DNA of 62,361 nucleotides, counting the filler, from Basidiobolus meristosporus CBS 931.73 (taxonomy: Eukaryota > Fungi > Basidiobolomycota): the NCBI GenBank assembly GCA_002104905.1. It is 3 parts of 3 records of this genome, joined end to end, with 100 filler letters (N's around TTAATTAATTAA, not from the genome) between each part and the next. Parts side by side here need not be neighbours in the genome. Positions count along the whole stretch, not along the records: positions 39,604 to 62,361 come from MCFE01000971.1; 2 more parts are not named here. The stretch is one strand, 5' to 3'. This document shows, piece by piece, positions 58,329-62,361 of the stretch; the stretch's first letter is position 1; every line of letters begins with the position of its first letter. The notes beneath the pieces were generated by a model, which did no database searches, was not told the origin of the DNA, and worked only from the letters and a program-made list of their open reading frames with translations. Both the position numbers and the translations under genes were made by a program.

Positions 58329-61178
58329 CTAGAACCTCTCTAATAAGTAATCTAATTTATGTTTTGTTTCATCTCTAATGTTTGTTTCAATAAAGTAAAG
58401 CTCATCAGGGGTAAATATAAAATTCAGGGGTTTTGGGGGAAGTACAAATTGTAGATGTTTCTGATCAATATAATCCAAGACTGGAACCCAGCCTGGGATT
58501 AGGTGTAGTAGGAAAGGTGTGTGGACTTGTAAGTAGCTCTGCCACATAGATCTTAGATGGTCCTGAGCCAGTAGTCTTGGTTTCTCAGCTTTTTGAAGTT
58601 TTGAAGCAAGCTCTGTTACTACAGCAGAGCCAACCAGGGTGTGCCAGCAAGAAGATTTCAGGGAGGAGTTAGATTGAAGCCATAGTTTGATGGAGGGGTT
58701 ATGTGATTTCTGAAGTTTGACTAGGAAGGAAGCCCGGAGATAGATCATTCGGATTTGGTATGGGTAGAACCCAAAGGCTCCATTAGTTGCATGGATATAG
58801 GGAGATACTGGAAGATAAGGTACCAAGGATCTGATACACTGATGGAGAAATTTATCCAGGCGGTGAAGTTCTCTGGAGGTTAGGGGTATAATGTGGAGAC
58901 CAAATTCAAGTACTGGCAGCACATACTGCTTCAGAAGTATAGGGATCTTTTGAATTGGAGTGTCTGGAGTGACTACTACCAGAAGCTTTTTGAGAGCCTG
59001 TTGGGCAAGACGGATCCTATTATTCAGGTGGAGCTTTGAGTCAATCCCATGTTGACAAAACGGCAGACCTAGATATATTGCAGTTTGTTGTGGCAGAATG
59101 CTAGTGTTCTGTATAGTTGTAGTGCATCCAATTGGGACTGTCTTGGAAATTGAGAGTGAGAGGTTGTTGGCAGCCAAGTACTTCTCAATGATGGCAGTGT
59201 CTGCTATGGGATTAGGAGTAGCAATCTTGATATCATCCGCATAGAGAGTTAGTAGTGGATAGGGAGAGTCTGGTGAGGGGCCTTTTGGAAATAAAGGAAA
59301 GTCATGTAGGAATATCACAAATAGTAAGGGACCTAGTACAGATCCTTGGACTACTCCATTTGGAACCTCATAAGTCTCTGATGTGCAACTTGGATGCAAA
59401 ATTTTGGCTGAGTTCTCACAAAATAGAGAACGTACAAGAAGGGTCATTGGTAGTGTGGTAACTGCTAATAGCTTTCTCCAAAGCAGAGCTCTGTCCACAG
59501 AGTCAAAGGCTTTAGTAATGTCAAACAGAATGGTTGGCAATGAGAATTGAAGTGAATGATCATGGCTTAGCACTACAGCCATATCCAAGGAGAGTTTGGG
59601 CAAGAAGCCAAACTGAGAAGGATGGAATGGATATAGTTGAGATTGCAAGGATCTTGCTATCATAAGCTCAAAGATTTTCCGGCAGGTTGGTAGGAGTGAA
59701 ACTGGCCGGTAAGAACCTGGGAGTGAGTGTTTCCCCTTCCCTTTGTATAAGGGTATTACATTTGCCTGTGACCAGGCCTTTGGGGTAGTCAATTGTTGGG
59801 CACAGATAGAGTAGAATGGGAGAAGTAAGTGACTCATTTTGGAGTAGCACACCCGGAGTAGATCGTAGGTAATCAAGTCATGTCCAGGTGCAGTATTTGC
59901 AGGAAGCTTCTTTAAAATTTTCTCCAGAAGCTTTGCTGAAACCACAATTGGAGATGTTGGACTGGTGGATATGTTACCAGTATGGTAGAAAGGAGGAGTG
60001 GGATGCATGGTTGAATCAAAGAATATAGGGGCCAGTTTGTCTGGTGATGGTATACTCCTTGCTTGGGGTCTCATGGCTTTGTATACTCTTGATATGGACC
60101 TTGTGGTGGCATTCATATTTACTAAGGGCAAGGTATCCATGATATGAGCCCATAATCTAGTATGCTCAGTGATCTGTAGTGACTTGGAGTAGGAGATTGC
60201 GCTTTCCAGGAGGTTCTGTGTTTTTGGGTTAGGGAAACATAGGTAGCTGGAATTTAAGGCAGAAATGATGGATTTCCATTTAAGTTGGTTTGCAGATGGC
60301 TTTTGGTAGGACTTGGTGGGCAGGGCCAGACAGCCAGTGATTATGATGAAATGCTGGTAAAATAGCCATAATGCATTTATATCATCACAAATCCATGCAG
60401 GTAAGCTGGGAAATGCATATTCTGTAAGCAAGGATAGGTAGTTGGCAAAGTCCTGTGTCTGTGATACTGAAGCTTTGGCTGGCAGGATTGTAAACGGCTG
60501 AAGAAGGGTGCCAATTGGTAGGGTTTTTCTGGCAGAAATGATAATATGTATTGGCTTGTGATCAGATTTCTCTAGTGAACCACAGCTGATATCCTCTGGA
60601 ATGCTTGTAACCTGGTGGATGTACTGTAAGGCAGCTGGAGTAGCTGTTACCCAGTCAACACAACGTTGAGCTTGCTGAGTGTTTACAGTGACCAGATGAT
60701 TTTGTCGGAGGAACTTTTTAAAGTGCTCCTCTCGGGTTCTAAGTCTGGATGAAATAGTGGTGATATTTTCAGGGTGGGGGATATTTATATCTCCCACTAC
60801 CATACAAGGGATTGATGAGCTGTTGATGAATTCTGATGTGGCCAAGAAAATTGCCAGTGTTATGGAGTTAGACAGAGATGGAGGGAGATAGATAATAATG
60901 GCTACTATAGTTGGAAGTGTTAGAGCATAGCAGTAATACTCATAGATGATGGATACATTTGCTGAGGGTGCAAGCTTAGAAGATGAAAGAGCAACAAGTG
61001 CCATTGAGTGAGCTGGAAATTTTGGGTGAGCAGATGAATATGCATTCAGTCTAGAGGGAAGTTTTGGCAACTTAACATCAATTAGTAGGAGCAAGGAATA
61101 TTCCTTTTTCAGTAAGTTTTCTAATTCAGCTACAGTTGGAGTGATGGAGTTGCAATTGAGTAAGAGTATGTTCTGTAG
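58329..61178 (-). CDS. LINE ORF2: APE endonuclease + reverse transcriptase
   Basis: Frame is open from 61178: ILLLNCNS, LLIDVK, IIYLPP, GDINIPH, VDW, SDH; RT SYRPVSLL, FDITKAFD, QGSVLGP, LYADD. No early ATG; no C-terminal CCHC or RNase H seen. Confidence 0.92.
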   Translation of the reverse strand, partial: LQNILLLNCNSITPTVAELENLLKKEYSLLLLIDVKLPKLPSRLNAYSSAHPKFPAHSMALVALSSSKLAPSANVSIIYEYYCYALTLPTIVAIIIYLPPSLSNSITLAIFLATSEFINSSSIPCMVVGDINIPHPENITTISSRLRTREEHFKKFLRQNHLVTVNTQQAQRCVDWVTATPAALQYIHQVTSIPEDISCGSLEKSDHKPIHIIISARKTLPIGTLLQPFTILPAKASVSQTQDFANYLSLLTEYAFPSLPAWICDDINALWLFYQHFIIITGCLALPTKSYQKPSANQLKWKSIISALNSSYLCFPNPKTQNLLESAISYSKSLQITEHTRLWAHIMDTLPLVNMNATTRSISRVYKAMRPQARSIPSPDKLAPIFFDSTMHPTPPFYHTGNISTSPTSPIVVSAKLLEKILKKLPANTAPGHDLITYDLLRVCYSKMSHLLLPFYSICAQQLTTPKAWSQANVIPLYKGKGKHSLPGSYRPVSLLPTCRKIFELMIARSLQSQLYPFHPSQFGFLPKLSLDMAVVLSHDHSLQFSLPTILFDITKAFDSVDRALLWRKLLAVTTLPMTLLVRSLFCENSAKILHPSCTSETYEVPNGVVQGSVLGPLLFVIFLHDFPLFPKGPSPDSPYPLLTLYADDIKIATPNPIADTAIIEKYLAANNLSLSISKTVPIGCTTTIQNTSILPQQTAIYLGLPFCQHGIDSKLHLNNRIRLAQQALKKLLVVVTPDTPIQKIPILLKQYVLPVLEFGLHIIPLTSRELHRLDKFLHQCIRSLVPYLPVSPYIHATNGAFGFYPYQIRMIYLRASFLVKLQKSHNPSIKLWLQSNSSLKSSCWHTLVGSAVVTELASKLQKAEKPRLLAQDHLRSMWQSYLQVHTPFLLHLIPGWVPVLDYIDQKHLQFVLPPKPLNFIFTPDELYFIETNIRDETKHKLDYLLERF

Positions 61179-62134
61179 TCAGGCAGACTCTGAGGTTGCC
61201 TGTTCCTGCTGAAACTCTTGCACTGCCCTTTGTAAATTTCCAGAATTATTCCACAACTCTTCAAATGGAGCTTGCGTAATGTCTTTCAGGATTCTAATTG
61301 CTTCCTCTTTCAAGAAGTAGGCCACATCATAGGTTGGAGCCTGTTTCTTAATGGCAGCAAAGAAAGCCATAATTGCCATGTGAGCTGGCGGCTTGTTGAA
61401 TATTCCTGGCTCAGTGTCCATTGACTCTGGTGGAATGATTGTGAATTTGGTAGGCACCCAGTTTAGATTTTTTGCCAGATACTTAGTCAATGCAGTGGAG
61501 AAGTTTCTGTCTACAATCATTTCTAGGATCTTTCCTCTTCTCCAAGCTAGGTTAACAATTTTTGAAGTGTCAATATTTAGAGAGCGGAATGTATGTCTGA
61601 TGTTTGATATAGTAGTCCATGGAACATTGGCAAAGTATAGCAAGGACCAATTCTGGAGCTGAGGTAAGTTTGCTGGAGGCTTATAGGTAGACTTCCTGGC
61701 AGGTTGTGTGGTAGGCTTTAGTGTTTCCAAGGTAGCAAGTTGTGGTTGAGACTTTTTGGAATTACGTATGACTTTGGAAAGAATTCTGCCAGCAACTGTG
61801 TCAGGAATGTTAGTACTCATTGATGGTGCAGGGCCTGGCTCCTGGTACTGCTTTTGTAGAATACTTGAGTATGTCTCTTTTTGTTTTCCTTTATCCAATG
61901 TGCTATGCCTTGGAATGGGATTTTGGGGAATAGAGACTTCAGGTATCAACTCTGGGGTCTGGTGATTGTCCAACATTGTTGCTTGAGCTTCCAGCTTTTC
62001 CTCTAAGATTTGAACTCTCTGCTTAAGCTCATCATTTGACGCTATAAGTGTTGCATTGTTTGGAGCCAGGTCAGGTGTTGAGTTATGAAGGCAGGTTGAG
62101 CAGCGTTCTAACTCCTTTGTTTGGTCATCCAGGC
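61179..62134 (-). CDS. LINE ORF1 (coiled-coil-like N-part, possible RRM-like domain), 5'-truncated
   Basis: Frame stays open past the annotated ATG (61976) to the telomere junction (..SLDDQTKELERC..ELKQRVQILEEKLEAQATMLD..); homologous to ORF 15068-15518. Confidence 0.8.
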
Positions 62135-62361
62135 TTAGGGTAGGGTTAGGGTTAGGTTAGGGTTAGGGTTAGGGTTAGGGTTAGGGTTAGGGTTAGGGTT
62201 AGGGTTAGGGTTAGGGTTAGGGTTAGGGTTAGGGTTAGGGTTAGGGTTAGGGTTAGGGTTAGGGTTAGGGTTAGGGTTAGGGTTAGGGTTAGGTTAGGGT
62301 TAGGGTTAGGGTTAGGGTTAGGGTTAGGGTTAGGGTTAGGGTTAGGGTTAGGGTTAGGGTT
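62135..62361 (+). repeat. Telomere (TTAGGG)n
   Basis: 227 nt of TTAGGG with a few TAGGG/TTAGG variants, running to the window end. Confidence 0.99.

Larger units (their letters stand above)
58241..62134 (-). mobile_element. Terminal two-ORF telomeric LINE (family T), 5'-truncated and telomere-capped
   Basis: Shared 3' motif at 58241-58320; ORF1 and APE-RT ORF2; 5' end fused to (TTAGGG)n. Confidence 0.93.

Noticed and set aside
58329-61178. Classification as a Penelope-like (Athena/Coprina) or MoTeR/CRE-type element
   Set aside because: It has an N-terminal APE motif set and LINE-type RT motifs; no GIY-YIG domain and no C-terminal CCHC plus PD-(D/E)xK nuclease are visible.

Overview
Right-hand end of a eukaryotic, almost certainly fungal, chromosome scaffold (probably an early-diverging lineage; inferred from the rDNA, the group III hybrid histidine kinase and the short GT-AG introns). 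It ends in a (TTAGGG)n telomere at 62135-62361. Left part (1-14.5 kb): a young full-length Ty1/copia element, solo LTRs, decayed repeats and several pseudogenes. 14.5-23.7 kb: a head-to-tail array of telomere-associated non-LTR retroelements, with short TTAGGG(G)n tracts at most junctions. Middle (23.8-40 kb, between two 100-nt scaffold gaps): ordinary genes (sugar transporter fragment, NIK1-like kinase, UNC93-like MFS, RPL43, TMEM198/DUF4203) and a bacterial-type bicupin pseudogene. 40.8-50.4 kb: a tandem family of secreted Gly/Arg/Tyr/Trp-rich peptide precursors. Right end: a second copy of the copia element, an isolated rDNA fragment broken in ITS2, a two-ORF APE-RT LINE, and the telomere, which caps that LINE inside its ORF1. 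The main discovery is a multi-component telomere-targeted retroelement system: two APE-RT LINE families, an ORF1-only element, a tRNA-derived SINE and a short stub. All share a covarying double-hairpin 3' end abutting TTAGGG/oligo-G, and all point their 5' ends toward the telomere.
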